Shown in pieces: positions 1-12,395 of a stretch of DNA of 64,000 nt (its first letter is position 1; each line of letters begins with the position of its first letter). Origin of the DNA: Camelus ferus (lineage: Eukaryota); NCBI RefSeq assembly GCF_009834535.1, contig NC_045697.1:37140001-37204000 (forward strand). Direction: 5' to 3'. The notes beneath the pieces were generated by a model, which was not told the origin of the DNA, did not search any database, and was given only the letters and a program-made list of their open reading frames with translations. The translations under genes and the position numbers were made by a program.

Positions 1-257
1 CACCACTTGATGGAGGAATGGCAGGTTCTGGAAGTGCCTGTGGGCAGATCTATAATCCTGATCATTCTAGGAAAGAAAAATCTCCCATGACTTACTCTTT
101 TTCTTCCTAGTCATCATTGAGGGTCTGGTTGCAACATCACCCTCCTCCCTAGATTAGGTGCCCCAGAAATAATCAAGGCATTTCCTTTGCTTCTTTGTGG
201 CTCTTATCATGATTTTACAGCGTACAGTGTTTTCTGTGGCATTTTTGTTTGCCATCT

Positions 258-403
258 GTTTTTTTTATCCTTATTTATTGTTGAAGTGTAGTTGATTTAC
301 AGTGTTAATTTCAGGTGTATAGCAAAGCAATTCAGTTATACATATACATACATACATATGTACATACATACATACATGTATTTTCAGTTTCTTTTCCATT
401 ACG
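258..403 (-). mobile_element. Short L1 3' end inserted into an L2
   Basis: Poly-T, then reverse complement of an L1 3'UTR (ttgaagtgtagttgatttacagtg...); TSD tgtttgccatct 246-257 / tgtttgccaact 404-415. Confidence 0.85.
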
Positions 404-419
404 TGTTTGCCAACTATTG

Positions 420-565
420 CTTCTTGTCTGTCTCTGGCATAGACTATAAGCTTCTTGAGGACAGGACTGTGTTTTTCTCATTCACCTCTGATCTGCAGCA
501 CCTATCTCAGTTCCTGGCACATGGCAAGTGCTAAATAAACACTCATCAAATGAATCATCTAATAA
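420..565 (+). mobile_element. L2 3' end
   Basis: tagactataagcttcttgaggacagg...cctggcacatggcaagtgctaaataaa...aatgaat matches the L2 tail. Confidence 0.8.
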
Positions 566-822
566 ATACTGAGTAAAAATCTGCCTCTCTCCAACCCCCA
601 GCTCTCCCCACCAAAAAACCCCATGAATTCAAGTGGTATTTGGTCATGAGTTCATTTTGAATTCATACATTAAATGGCTGCAGATGGAAAGAAATGGAAC
701 ACAACTTGCAGTTACGACTTTGTAAATGGCTAAAAACTTCTTGGTGTTGATTCTACTGTTGTTGGTAGATGTTCAACCCAGAAAACCACAGCATCACACA
801 GGCATTACTCCAAGGGAGGCTC

Positions 823-1070
823 TTTTTTTAAATTTTAGTTTTATTGAAATGTAGTTGATTTATAATGTCAGTTTCAGGTGTACAGCATAGTGATTCAGTT
901 GTACATATAGATACACACACACACACATATTTTCAGATTCTTATCCATTATAGCTTATCACAAGATATTGAATATAGTTCCCTGTGCTATACAGTAGGTC
1001 CTTGTTGTTTATTTTATATATAGTACTGTGTATCTGTTAATCCCAAACTCCTAATTTATCCCCCCTCCCT
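823..1070 (-). mobile_element. L1 3' end (artiodactyl type)
   Basis: gatattgaatatagttccctgtgctatacagtagg motif; degenerate TSD caagggaggctctttt 811-826 / caaatgaggttctttt 1071-1086. Confidence 0.9.
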
Positions 1071-1429
1071 CAAATGAGGTTCTTTTTAAACCAAAGGGAG
1101 ATTTTATTTGAGAGGCTGTTGGCTCAAAGAGCCTGGTTGTTACTCAAAGGGTGGATGTAGTAACCTCCAGCCAAAGGGGATCTGGAGATGTCATAGAAGG
1201 AACTCCTCTCCCTGAATTTTCAAACTACACACCTTCAGAGACTTTTGACATCCAATCAAATTAAAGAGGTATAAATAATTTCTTTAAAGTCAGAATCCTA
1301 AACTGTTAGGGAACCAATAGTACAGTTTTAGGGGGGGATGAGATGAGGACATTGGTGGGTGGGGACCCTGAAGAAGGGGGATCTGGTGGGATGGGGGATG
1401 GGGAAAAGTATTGAACAAGGACAAGCTTC

Positions 1430-1560
1430 TTGCCAGGTGCTTCGCATCATCATTTCATCTAAAGCTTGCTGCAGTCCTGTGAGGTAGGGAGTGGTACTCC
1501 CATGTGAAAGACAGAGAGGTAAAACACCTTGACCAAAGGGGCAGAGCTCACAAGTGGAAG
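1430..1560 (-). mobile_element. MIR fragment
   Basis: Diverged reverse-complement MIR core (cctgtgaggtagg...cagagaggtaaaacaccttgaccaaagg). Confidence 0.65.
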
Positions 1561-1942
1561 TGTTAGCAATCTTTTCCCCAGAGGCAGTGGTTCCCGAGCC
1601 TGCACATTTTTTCCTGTACCAGACCCGCAGTGTCAAACAAGAGGCATCAGCGAGCTTTTATTGTGGGGTCTCAGGCGCACTGAGCACTGAGTGAATGGTG
1701 GTCCAGCAGGAACCACACATACTGCATCCACTTGGAATATGGTTGTGATACAGGCCAATTTTTCCAAGTCTTGAAGTTACAAGATTCGACAGATGCCAGT
1801 GGCAGAACAAAATGGCATGTTATTTCTGAATGTTGATTTTCCAAAATGTAGCAAAACCCTGAAAATTCTTCTTATCCTATTCTTCAAGGAAATCAGAAAT
1901 GACCAGAATTATACATGAGGATGGTCACTGTGGTGTTACCTA

Positions 1943-1943
<1 letters not shown>

Positions 1944-1985
<42 letters not shown>

Positions 1986-2017
1986 AAGGAAAGAAGGAAG
2001 GAAGGGAAGGAGGAGAG
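1944..2017. repeat. A40 run followed by GGAA-rich tract
   Basis: Direct reading: A run 1944-1983, then purine repeats. Confidence 0.95.
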
Positions 2018-2189
2018 ACTCCAAGATGCTACATGTGTTTCTCTCTGATAAGTTGAATTATGGGCATTTTAAATGATTTTCTTTTTGCATTTGTAGTTTT
2101 GATTTCTAACAAGCATGTAATATGTATTTTTTCTTAGTAGTAGGTGTTATCTCCTAGTGTCCTTTCACACTGCTCATAAAGGTGACCTT

Positions 2190-2355
2190 AACCAGTCCTG
2201 CCACTTACCCTTTGAATGTTCTCGAACAAGTTGCTTACATTTCTTTGTGTCTTGGTTTCTTTATTAGTGAAATGGGGATGATAATGTCTGTGCTATTTAA
2301 TCCACTGTGTTGGAAGAGCATTGCATGAAAAAATGTGTGCAAAAATACTTTGGAA
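2190..2355 (+). mobile_element. MIR
   Basis: ctgccacttac...caagttgcttac...gtgaaatggggatgataatg. Confidence 0.7.
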
Positions 2356-3331
2356 AGAATCAATATGGCATGGATATAAAATGTTCTTAGTGTGGTTATT
2401 TCTGGTCTTGGTAGGGAAGTAGGACACAGGGGTGGGATCTAAGAACAGGATGGAATCATCAGTTCACCTCTCACAAGCTACAAAATTGTCTTAAGGAAAA
2501 AAATGACTTTTCTGATTCAGACAGTGCTGCATTCTTTTATCAAGTTTCTGATTAAGATTAAAAGGTTTCTGCTAAACTCTGGAAAACAAAATATGAAATG
2601 TGTTTCTTTTTCTGTTACATTAAGTTAATTTTATTATCTGATGCTCAAAGTTAAAATGTTTCCTACTGAGCCAGGTTTTTCTTTTTGGCTTCAGATACAT
2701 TCATTGTGACATTTACCCACATTTTTGCATTTATATTCAAAACCTCCCAGAGAATATATAACCATGATTATTCTTTTGTTATTTTTTTTCAAGTTACTGT
2801 GATTGCATTGTTAATATGCTTCAGCTCATGGGCCCTGCTGGCTTGTCATCATTAGACACCTTCATAGAACTCTACTAAAAAAAAAAAAAAAAAAAAAAAA
2901 AATCACACGATGAAGATAAAACCACTTATTTAAGTCACTTTGTATGAATTAAGTAATGAGAGTGGAGTCACATAACTCTTCCTCAAGTATAATTCTGAAG
3001 CGCTTTTGTGTTTCTTGGCATTTGAATATTTCATTGTCAGCCTCTAGAATTATGAAATGAAAAGACAATATGAGTTTTTGCTGTTGTATAATGTGTACAA
3101 TATTGAAGATAAATGCTCATTAATCTGTGCTTTCAACTTATTTACATCTCCTCCTTTTTTATTGTTAGACAGTGTAACTCCAGCATTACAGACCGTTTTG
3201 AAAAATGAGAAAAACACAACCATCTCATCATTTGAATTTAACTACTTTCCCTTTTTCGTATTCACCGTCCATCTTTCTCCCTTCATGTACACAGCTTTCC
3301 ATGGCTGCAGACTTAGTATGTACACAGTTTT

Positions 3332-3468
3332 TGTAGGGGGGTTGTAGGAGGTAATTAAGTTTATTTATTTATTTAATTTATTAATTTATTATGGAGGTAC
3401 TGGGAATTGAACCTAGGACCTTGTGCATGCTAGGCATGCACTCTACCACTAGAGCTAAACCCTCCCCC
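3332..3468 (-). mobile_element. Vic-1-type tRNA-derived SINE (camelid)
   Basis: Reverse complement has a tRNA-like head with A/B boxes and an aataaataaa..taattacctcc tail; TSD tgtacacagtttt 3319-3331 / tgtatacaatttt 3470-3482. Confidence 0.9.
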
Positions 3469-3822
3469 TTGTATACAATTTTGAATATGAATTTTTGGAG
3501 TTACATTTCAAAGAGGGTGCTTTTCAGGTACAGAAAAATTGCCCAAGTTATATCTCTACATTTCATCAAAACTTGACTATGTTCGAAAAACCCTGAGATC
3601 AGGAGACCCTGCGGGAAGGAAAACCCTCTGGATAGGGGGTCGGGAACAAGATCTGATGTGGTGGTGACTGATGTCTTCTCAGATGGTCCTTGATTAAAAT
3701 TTTGAGTATTTTTAGCTCCTATTTTGATGAAAATCCTATGATTTGCACTGTCTCAGAACAATTTCAACAACGCAATGGATTTCACAACTAGGGTAAACTC
3801 ACGTGCTATCATGTTTCAAGTT

Positions 3823-4310
3823 TGTGGTAGGTGGATTGCAAACATGGCCCCAATCTTTCACCCCTCCTTATATCTTCACCCTTTGCAACATGACTTCACA
3901 ACTATTCCCATTAAGATATAGAATCTGTTTCCCCATCCCTGGAATGTGGGCTGGGCTCCTGGTAAGCTTTGACCAATGAGATGCAGTGGAAGTGACTGAG
4001 TGGTAGTTCTGAGCCTAGGACTCAGAGATTGTGTGCACACCCTCACTAGCCTGGGCTAGCCTGCTGGAGGAGGAGAGACTGCGTGGATTAGGGCCAAGTC
4101 AGCCCAACAGAGGTCTGGGCCCCAACCAACCACCAGCTGATCAGAGACGCTTAGGTGAACCAAGGAAAGATGAGCCAAGGCTGACCTAGATGAGCAGAAA
4201 TGTGGCAAGGCTGGCTCAGCTGAGAAATCATTACCTAGTTGCTATTTTAAGCCACTAAGTCGTGGGTGATTTATTGTACGGCATTATTTTGGTAATCCAT
4301 AACTAATATA
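3823..4310 (+). mobile_element. MaLR solo LTR (MLT1G/H-like)
   Basis: Starts TG, ends ttttaagccactaag...aactaatata; perfect 5-bp TSD AAGTT at 3818-3822 and 4311-4315. Confidence 0.85.
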
Positions 4311-5413
4311 AAGTTCTATCACATTTTGACATTTTGCACAATTCTAATTTATCCCTTTGAGTTTCTATTGTTACAATAAGTTGTCAAATTGGAGTGGGGG
4401 TTGTATAGAGAGGACATATACTTTGCTTCCATTGTCTTCATACATCTTCCACAAGAGGCCAAGGATTGGTAGACACTATAGATTGAGAAGTATTTCGAAT
4501 CCCCATTGAATACTGCAGCTCAGACAATCTACCCTCAGGCTCTCAAGATTCTTTCTTCAATAGGGTGAATGTGAGGCAGGATTGACTTTGTTTTATTTTT
4601 TCCTTTTTTCTATCAAAACTATCAAGCCTATAATCTCTTCTCAACAGATTTTCAAGTGAGCGGGAAACTGGAAAAGATAAATGAAAGCTGGAGTGGTATT
4701 GTTAAAGGAGAAATGATCTCCATAGCTGCCAGGTACCATCTAATGAACCTCAGAATCAGGCCGGGGCCCTGATAATAGAAACGCCCAATTCACAGGGATC
4801 TAACAAAACCACCTGGAATTTAAGCAGTTTACCCTTTTGTAGGGGAGGTGCTGCTGCTGCTGCTGTTATTTATTTTCATTCTAATTTTAAATGATTTAGG
4901 GTCTAGATGTACCTTCATTCAGATGCAGCATTTCCCAGTACAGTACATGTAAGTCAGATTCCTCGTAGGGAATTATGTTGTTGGCAGGCTCATCTCACAG
5001 GTCAAGCAAGTCCCCAGACAGAGCAACAACCCCTCAGCAAGCAGCGAGGACAGCAGCAGCCAGTCTCGTCCTGCACATGCCACTGCGTCCCTGATTTCTT
5101 GTGAATATGCTCTGATGAAGAGGTTGGTACTACCCATCTGAGGAAGAGGGAGAATGAATTAAATCTGCTCTTCCTCTATTTTTAAAAGATTCATTTTATT
5201 TGTTCCATTGTAAAAAAATAGCATACAATTATTATCCTTTTTTAATTAGAAAAATTATTTCTACTGCTTTCACACATCCTACTGTTGAGGAAACATTCTT
5301 ACATGTATAACTGAGGTAACATACTGTCACACGCTCTGTTTAAAGGCAAAGCACCCCAGGTAAAGCTGATTGGCTGTCCGGGGCACACACCTTATGGGAT
5401 CTCACTTCCTGGA

Positions 5414-5514
5414 AAAGATACATTCACCCCAATGTTCATAGTAGCACTATTTACAACAGCCAAGATATGGAAGCAACCTAAATGTCCATCGACAAATGAC
5501 TGGATAAAGATGTG

Positions 5515-5562
<48 letters not shown>

Positions 5563-6032
5563 TGGAATATTACTCAGCCATAAAAAATAATAAAATAATG
5601 CCATTTGCAGCAACATGAATGAACCTAGAGATTATCATACTAAGTGAATAGTCAGACAGAAAAAGACAAATACCACATGATATCACTTATATGTGGAATA
5701 TAAACAAAAATGACACAGATGAACTTATTTACAAAACTGAAACAGACTCACAGACATAGAAAGCAAACTTATGGTTACTATAGGGGAGAACAGGGAGTGA
5801 GGGATAAACTGGGAGTCTGGGACTGGCAGATACAAACTACTGTGTACAGAATAGATAAACAGCAAGGTCCTACTGTATGACACAGGGAACTATATTCAAC
5901 GGCTTGTAGTAACCTGTAATAAAAAAATATGAAAAAGTATATGTATGTATAACTGAATCACTATGTTGTACACCAGAAACTAATACAACATTGTAAATTA
6001 ACTATACTTCAATTAAAAAATGTTAAAAAAAA
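5414..6032 (+). mobile_element. 5'-truncated L1 (ORF2 end and 3'UTR) with internal (TG)n
   Basis: ccccaatgttcatagtagcactatttacaacagccaag, gccatttgcagcaacatg, A-rich tail; (TG)n about 5518-5561. Confidence 0.92.
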
Positions 6033-6579
6033 AGAAGTATCATCTCCAAAAATGTTAAGGGGGTTCCAAAAAAATCATTGCATTCAATATTATAGCTGTA
6101 GTGATGGAGAATATTTTCTTTAAGAAATGAAAAACTAAGAAGAAAATGCCACGGAACACCACTGGCTTGTCAGTCTAGGCAGGCAGAAAAGACATTGCTG
6201 TAAGTCTGGCTCCTTGATACCCGGAAGACCCTCTAGTCCAAGCTTTTAATATGCTTCCTATGTTTTCACTAGATGCTTCTTTTCTGCTGCTTTTCCCTCA
6301 TCCTTTTCCATATTTCACACCAGAGGACATGGTACAGCCTTTAAACTCCCTGAACAGGAGCAAATCCAGTATCCTCTGATTTCTTCCCAAAAGGAACTCT
6401 AACCCAGCAGATAGCCCGGCGCTTCATTCTCGTAAATGCTCTACTCCAGTCATGAAAAAACTCAATAGGACCCAGATGAATCCAATGAATAGAGGAAGAA
6501 ATCTATTGATTTTTGGAGTGTTATGTGCCTCGGATCAATCAGGGATTATGAAGCCCAGACCTCCCACTGTAGACAGGAA

Positions 6580-6850
6580 GCTGGACGTGAGTCCTTCATA
6601 GCATTTTGTCCATTTACTCCGTAGGTAAAGACAGCTGTGCGCCTCTGCTGCGCATGCTCATCGGTAGTATCGTAAATTATCCCTCCGGCAATGAGGAACT
6701 AAGACATCGCCATCAGAGCGCATACCGTCACTGCCCAGGGCGTGTGCACCCAGGGCGGCGTCTTCAGCCTTGGGTTGGGGCGATTGAGCACTAAGAACGG
6801 ACTCCGTACAAAGCCTCTGTATTCATGGCGGCAGGGGTGGCGCCCCACAA
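6580..6850. promoter_or_regulatory. Small CpG island, promoter-like, with NRF1 motif
   Basis: About 18 CpGs in about 270 bp by hand count; TGCGCATGCTCA at 6649-6660 (11/12 match to the NRF1 palindrome). Confidence 0.6.
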
Positions 6851-7219
6851 TTATTTTTTTTTTTTAAGTTGTAAAATACAGAAAAGTTGAAGGAAGGAAA
6901 GTAGACCCTCATAATCCTATGAGTAGTTTTGGAGCATTTATTTCCAGCCTTACAGATTTTTTTCTAGACATAATTGGAAATGCAAATGAATAAACAAACG
7001 GAAGACACTCACATAAAACCTGAATAAGGGGAAGAACAAAGTCAGAAGTTCAAGTGGATCTGGAAGCACATGGTCATTCCCTCCTCTAGAAAAGGAGGGC
7101 AATCACAGTGTCAAATGTGGTGGTGGACAGAGCAGAGTGAAGCTGTGGACGGATAGGCTTAGGGTGGGACCTGGCAGAGAGCAAAATTCACCGTTAACAA
7201 CAGAGCGATCATCAATGTG

Positions 7220-7400
7220 GAGCTTTGTGAGTGCGAGGTCCTGTTCTAGTCACTTTCTATATGTTGACTCATTTGATCCTTCTGAGTAAGGTGTTACTAT
7301 TATCCCCATTTACACAGGAGGAAATATTAAGTAAACGTTCCCGAGGGTGGAGCTGGGGTTCAAATCCATGCCCTCTGTATAGTGTCCGTGCTCTTAAACG
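7220..7400 (-). mobile_element. MIR
   Basis: ctcatttgatcct...tattatccccattt...gagctggggttcaaatcc. Confidence 0.75.
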
Positions 7401-9129
7401 CTCCGTGACGATTTTATTAGTTTCTTTATTATAATTATCAATCTAAACTCCCCACAGGACCCCACAGCAGGCACCTTGGCGGTTTAGGAGCCCATTTGAC
7501 ACAGCTGTGGAGAATTTCACCTGGCCATTGCAATCATTTATTGGCTTGCAAGCACGTTCCTCTGAACCTGAAATCGGCCATTTGTCATTACTATTCATTT
7601 CTTCTATCGCCTATCAGTACCTTTTCTTCTTTCCACTTTTCTTTCAGAACACAATAAATTATATTCAGACGGCAGTCTTGGGGGAAACTTCCCTATCCTC
7701 CCTCAACAACAAAGCTGATGGATGGGCGCGAAAACCCCGGGGAAGCAGCATCTGCTGTAACTCAAGGATCCCCGCCCGAACTGAGGGTGAAATTAACAGA
7801 CATGGAGCGGTTTGCAGCTCAACATTTGTGCAAGTCTGGCACATGCACACATCATTAGCAACTCTATTTGAGAAGCAAGATCAAGGAGGTGAGCGGGAGA
7901 GGGGATCTCATTAAAGAGATATTGAAGAAAGAGGAAATTCAGAGCGTTTAGGTAAAGCTTCATGGCTAAAATAAATTAACCAGGGAGCAAAGCAAATAGC
8001 CAGATACGTTTGGGAGGTGTCGACAAGACAATTCGAATAATTTTGCCTCTGCACCTCCGAAAATAAAGTCATGTCGTGCATTGAACTCCCCAGAATGGCT
8101 GCCTCTTTCAGCTAGCTCCGCAGGCTAAAATGAAGCCTTTATGAGGACAAAGATTTTGCTGTCCTGTTCATTGCTGTAATCTGAACTCATAGAACTTAAA
8201 ATTAAATATTCATGGAATAAGTTAATGTATACTTGTTCAAAGCTTACCTTGACCCGAGCTAGGCAGGTAAGGTTTAGGATGTTCAGCAGGAATCAAAGCA
8301 ATATGCATGCCGGAAAAATGGTAACCTCGAACTAAAATTGATTCTTAATTAAAGTATATGGAATCAGTGGTGGAATATGAGTGGAATGCCTTTCGTGTGC
8401 CCACCATTATTCTAGGCGATGGAGGAGATACAATAGAAGCACAATCACATTGTGACCGGCCAGGCACGTTCTAAGTTTATTACTGATGGCTTCCTATTGG
8501 CCAGACATGTTGTAAGTTCATTACTAGCATTAGTGTGTTCTATTCCCTCAACAGCACCTATGGGGTAGGCAGATAGGTACGTAGGTATGAGTGTAATCAT
8601 CTCCATTTGAAATACAAGGCAATCGGTGCCATGTCAATTTAGTAACTTGCCCAGAGGCTAGCAAAGGTGGAGCTGGTAGTCCCTCGGCCATGCTTTTTAC
8701 TGCTGTTCTCTGTGTTCTCAGCCCATTAGGAATTTACTTTTCATTTGAGGACACAAAGGAACACATATGAAGCAGAGAACAATTAAGTCTTAAACTCTGT
8801 GGCCCTGGCAGCAAAAAGGGAGAGCAGCAAGTGTAGGCTGGAGTTTTGAGAGAGAACTTCTGGAAGGATGCTGTACTGGATCTGTCTTGAGCTTCATTGC
8901 TGGTTTTTTCGTACATCCATCTCTCCACCCACCCATCTACTATCCACTCATCCTCCTGTCCACTTAGCTAACAAGCATTCACTGGGCTCCAACTATGTGC
9001 CAGGCCCTGAACACAGAGGTGGTGGATTTTGTGCTGTAGTAGTCATATTTTAGCAGTCTTAGCTTCTCTGCCTGAGAGGGCTGAGATGAAACCACACACA
9101 CACTCACACAGAGGGCCTTCCCTAGGAAG

Positions 9130-9935
9130 GACAGTGTGGTGCTGTCTGCCAAAACTGAGAATGCTCGTACCTTAGTCCAGCAATCCCACCTGCTGGAATT
9201 TACCTGTGGTGAAGGGACCTGTGCACAAAGGCGTTCTCTGCACTACTGTTTTCAACATCAAAGTATTTGAAAAGCCACACACTCATCAAAAGGGAACTGC
9301 TCATCTATTTCATATATGGTAGTTAGTATTTATCCCTCCACTCTCCCATTTCTCCGCCTCCCCACCCCTCTGCCCTGTAACTGCAGGTGTGTTTTCTGTC
9401 TGTGAGTTTCTGTTGTACAGCACAGGGAACTATATTCAATACCTTGTAATAGCCTATAATGGAAAAGAACATGAAAAGGAGTATATATATATGCATACAT
9501 ATGTATATCTGAGTCACTATGCCGTACACCAGAAATTAACACAACATTGTAAACTGACTATTACTTCAATAAAAAAAAATTAAGAAAGGAAACTGCTTAA
9601 ATAAAACAGGGTAGTACACCCAAAGAGATTACTAAGCAGCTATAAATAGGAGTGAAGAAGCTAAAATGAGAATATCTTTAAAACATTTAAATGAAAAAAA
9701 ATAACAGAGCATATGGATAGTAGGCTACCATTTGGGTAAAAGATGGAAAATACAAACATGCTCAGTAGGATATCTAGAAAATATCTCTAGAAAGATACAC
9801 CAGATACTGGTAACACCTGCGGCTTTCAGTGGGGAGAGCAGGTAGTTGAATGGCAGGAGGGGCAGGAGGGATTTTCACTGAATACCCTTTTGTGTGTTTG
9901 GAATTTTGAACCTTGTAAATGTATTGCCTATATTC
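9130..9935 (+). mobile_element. Ancient L1ME-type 3' fragment, interrupted at 9302-9584
   Basis: ccagcaatcccacctgctggaatttacc ... ttttgaaccttgtaaatgtattgcctat. Confidence 0.65.
9302..9584 (+). mobile_element. 5'-inverted (twin-primed) L1 3' end
   Basis: 9302-9413 antisense L1 3'UTR, 9414-9580 sense with poly-A; TSD aaagggaactgct 9289-9301 / aaaggaaactgct 9585-9597. Confidence 0.85.
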
Positions 9936-10719
9936 TCCTTCCCCAAAACGTTTTTTTCTTTCAAAAATGCATGCACACAGACCCACGTATTAGTGGTACA
10001 TCTGTGAGCGCCAGAGATTTTGTTTTGATCCCCCAATCTCTCAAGGCTCTGAGAAAGGTGTCCTGGGTACCAGGATGGGGTGACAGTCTGGAACCCACAC
10101 AGCTGGACTTGCACCTGAAGTGCTGTGACATTTGGTTTTCATCCTCGGCTGGCCCAGGCACCCTCTCGGGGCTCCTCTTCTTCCTCAGCCAGGGAGCTTC
10201 TTCCCACTCTTTGGGTTTGCAAGTTGGAAGAGGGTGGTTAGGGTGGGCCTCACGGAGAAGGTGACATTTGTGCAAGGCTTGAGGTCAGTGACAGAATGTG
10301 TTCCGAGGTCTCAGGAGAAGGGGGCTCCAGAAGGATAGAAGAGCAAGTTCAAAGAATCGGAGGCAGATGTGTGCCTGGCTGGCTGGCAGATGTGCCTAGG
10401 ATGGAATAAACAAAAGGGAGGGGAGAGACAGACAGAAGAGTAACCGGCACTTTGTGTGGGGATGATGTGGACTGGAGAGCCTTCCACCCCCTTCCTTGAG
10501 ATTCCACATCCAGATACTGGCTGTTTGTCCATCTCATGTCCCAACTCTACTGACTGCTGCCTGGTTCCTAAGGCCCAGTCCCTCCCTGCACTCAGATCTG
10601 GTATTGGTGTCCCAGTGATCGCTCCAGGGAACCGGTCTCTCCCAGGGCAGGGGATGGAGACGCGAATTCCGGTCTGGGCTAGAGGATGCGGCCACTTCAG
10701 TCCCTGTTGGGCTTCCTGA

Positions 10720-11060
10720 TCTTTCTTAAACAGCACACCTTTACCTCAGGGGCCCCTGCACTTGGGATTCCTCATCCTCAGTCCCTCCTCCCCCACCTCG
10801 TGTGACTCGCTCCCTAGTTCACTCAGATGAGATGTCTCCAATGTCATCCTCAGGCCTCAGGAAGGCCTTCCCCAACCTCCCGATGTAAGACAGCGCCTCC
10901 AACCCCCCATCCCCTTACTCGCCTGGACGTCTTCACTACATACGTGGACGTGTTTGTTGTCTGTTTCTCCCGCTTGAATACCAGCTTAGGGGCAGTTAGG
11001 ACTTCATCGAGAAACCTGATACCAGCGGGTGGTTTGGCCTCCTGGTACTTGTCTCAGTGA
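10720..11060 (+). mobile_element. L2 fragment
   Basis: cctcaggggcccctgcacttg...aatgtcatcctcagg...aaggccttccc. Confidence 0.6.
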
Positions 11061-11442
11061 GTAAGTCTGGTTCCAGATTTTGGCTCCTCCCAGTCAACTC
11101 CACCCCCCTGGAGAACTAGCCTCTGCGGGGCTGGAGTGGACAGTCTCAGGAATTAGGAGGGGACATGCAGGCAGACAGAAGGGCACTATGGACAGGCACC
11201 CCAGGAACAGCTTTCCCCAACTCCATTCTCTATCCCAAAGCGAGAAGCATAGAGATGGAAGGCAGTGTTCACCCACATTTCACGGGAAGCAAATACAGCA
11301 TGCTTTCATCTGCTCAGAATCCTACTTCCCTTGATCTTAGCAGAGCTTTAAGAGGAGTATGAAGTGCTTGTAATTTATTTAAGAGTTCTGATGATTGTTG
11401 TGAGGCAGCAATCTACTTTATTCTTACTGATTCTTCATTCTT

Positions 11443-11544
11443 TTTTTTTTTTTTTAACCCCCTTAACGTGGGCACAGGGGATTGAATCCAGGACCTTGTG
11501 CTTGCCAAGCATGCATTCTATCACTGAGCTATATCCCCTGGCCT
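11443..11544 (-). mobile_element. Short tRNA-derived SINE (Vic-1-related)
   Basis: Reverse complement tatagctcagtgatagaatgcatgcttggcaagcacaaggtcctggattcaatcccc plus poly-A; perfect 16-bp TSD ctgattcttcattctt at 11427-11442 and 11545-11560. Confidence 0.9.
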
Positions 11545-12053
11545 CTGATTCTTCATTCTTGAGAAGCAGCTTTGATACTAGTAGACTGAAATTCAAATTC
11601 TGGCTCTGACACTTGCTGACATTGGGCAAATCAAGCCTTTCTGGGCTGTCTTCTCACCCTAAGATGGGCTGTGGGGAGTGGGAATCCGAGGTAGTCTCTA
11701 CCTCCCACCATTGGCAGATGTGAAGTGTGGAGTACCACCTTTGGTATGTATTAAGTGCTTATTTAAAGTTCAGCCCTCTCCTCCTTCCTCAGTCTTCATC
11801 CTCCTCTCCCACCGTAAAAGGTCTTTTCCATGTACTTAGTGGTCCAAGAAGTTAATACTTGCCTGTAAACTGTGAGGATTTGAAAATACAGCACATGATC
11901 CTTGAGTTCTTCATCATTCATTATGCACTTTGATGTTCAATGTTCTGGTCACAGGTCTAATATCTGAAAGAGCAGATCATTTAATATATGTATGTATTTT
12001 TGCTGTTGCAGTCACCCTAAATGTTAGTCAGTCTTTTCACAAATGTGTAGGTA

Positions 12054-12395
12054 TGTTAGTCAAGGTATAGGCTCAGATGCTATAACAAAATACCCCCAAA
12101 TACAAGAGCTTTAATATGATAGGAGCTTGTGTCTTATATAATAATCTAGAAATAGGTGGCAAATCTAGGAGGGCATCCAGAGACCTAGGTCCTTCTCTCT
12201 TGTTGCTCTGCTAGCCTCTAGGTGGTGTTTTTGTTCACATGATCAAAGCTAGAGCAATACCACTCTATAGACATCCCAGTTAGAGAGAAGTAGGAGGGAG
12301 AGGAAGACCACGATGAGTCATTTTCTTTTAAGGAAATTGCATTTGAATTCCTTTGGTGTAAATGTAGTCATATGACCATGTATGGCTGCAAGAGA
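12054..12395 (-). mobile_element. Old MaLR LTR (MLT1J/K-like)
   Basis: ttagtcaaggtataggctcagatgctataacaaa...cagagacctaggtccttctctcttgttgctctg. Confidence 0.6.

Noticed and set aside
1376..1403. G-quadruplex-pattern sequence (also 26102-26122 and 39552-39572)
   Set aside because: Common genome-wide; the latter two are the known G-tract of L1 3'UTRs
4900..5125. Plus-strand two-exon model around ORF 4907-5104
   Set aside because: The implied intron of about 39 nt is too short for a mammalian intron and the peptide is not recognisable
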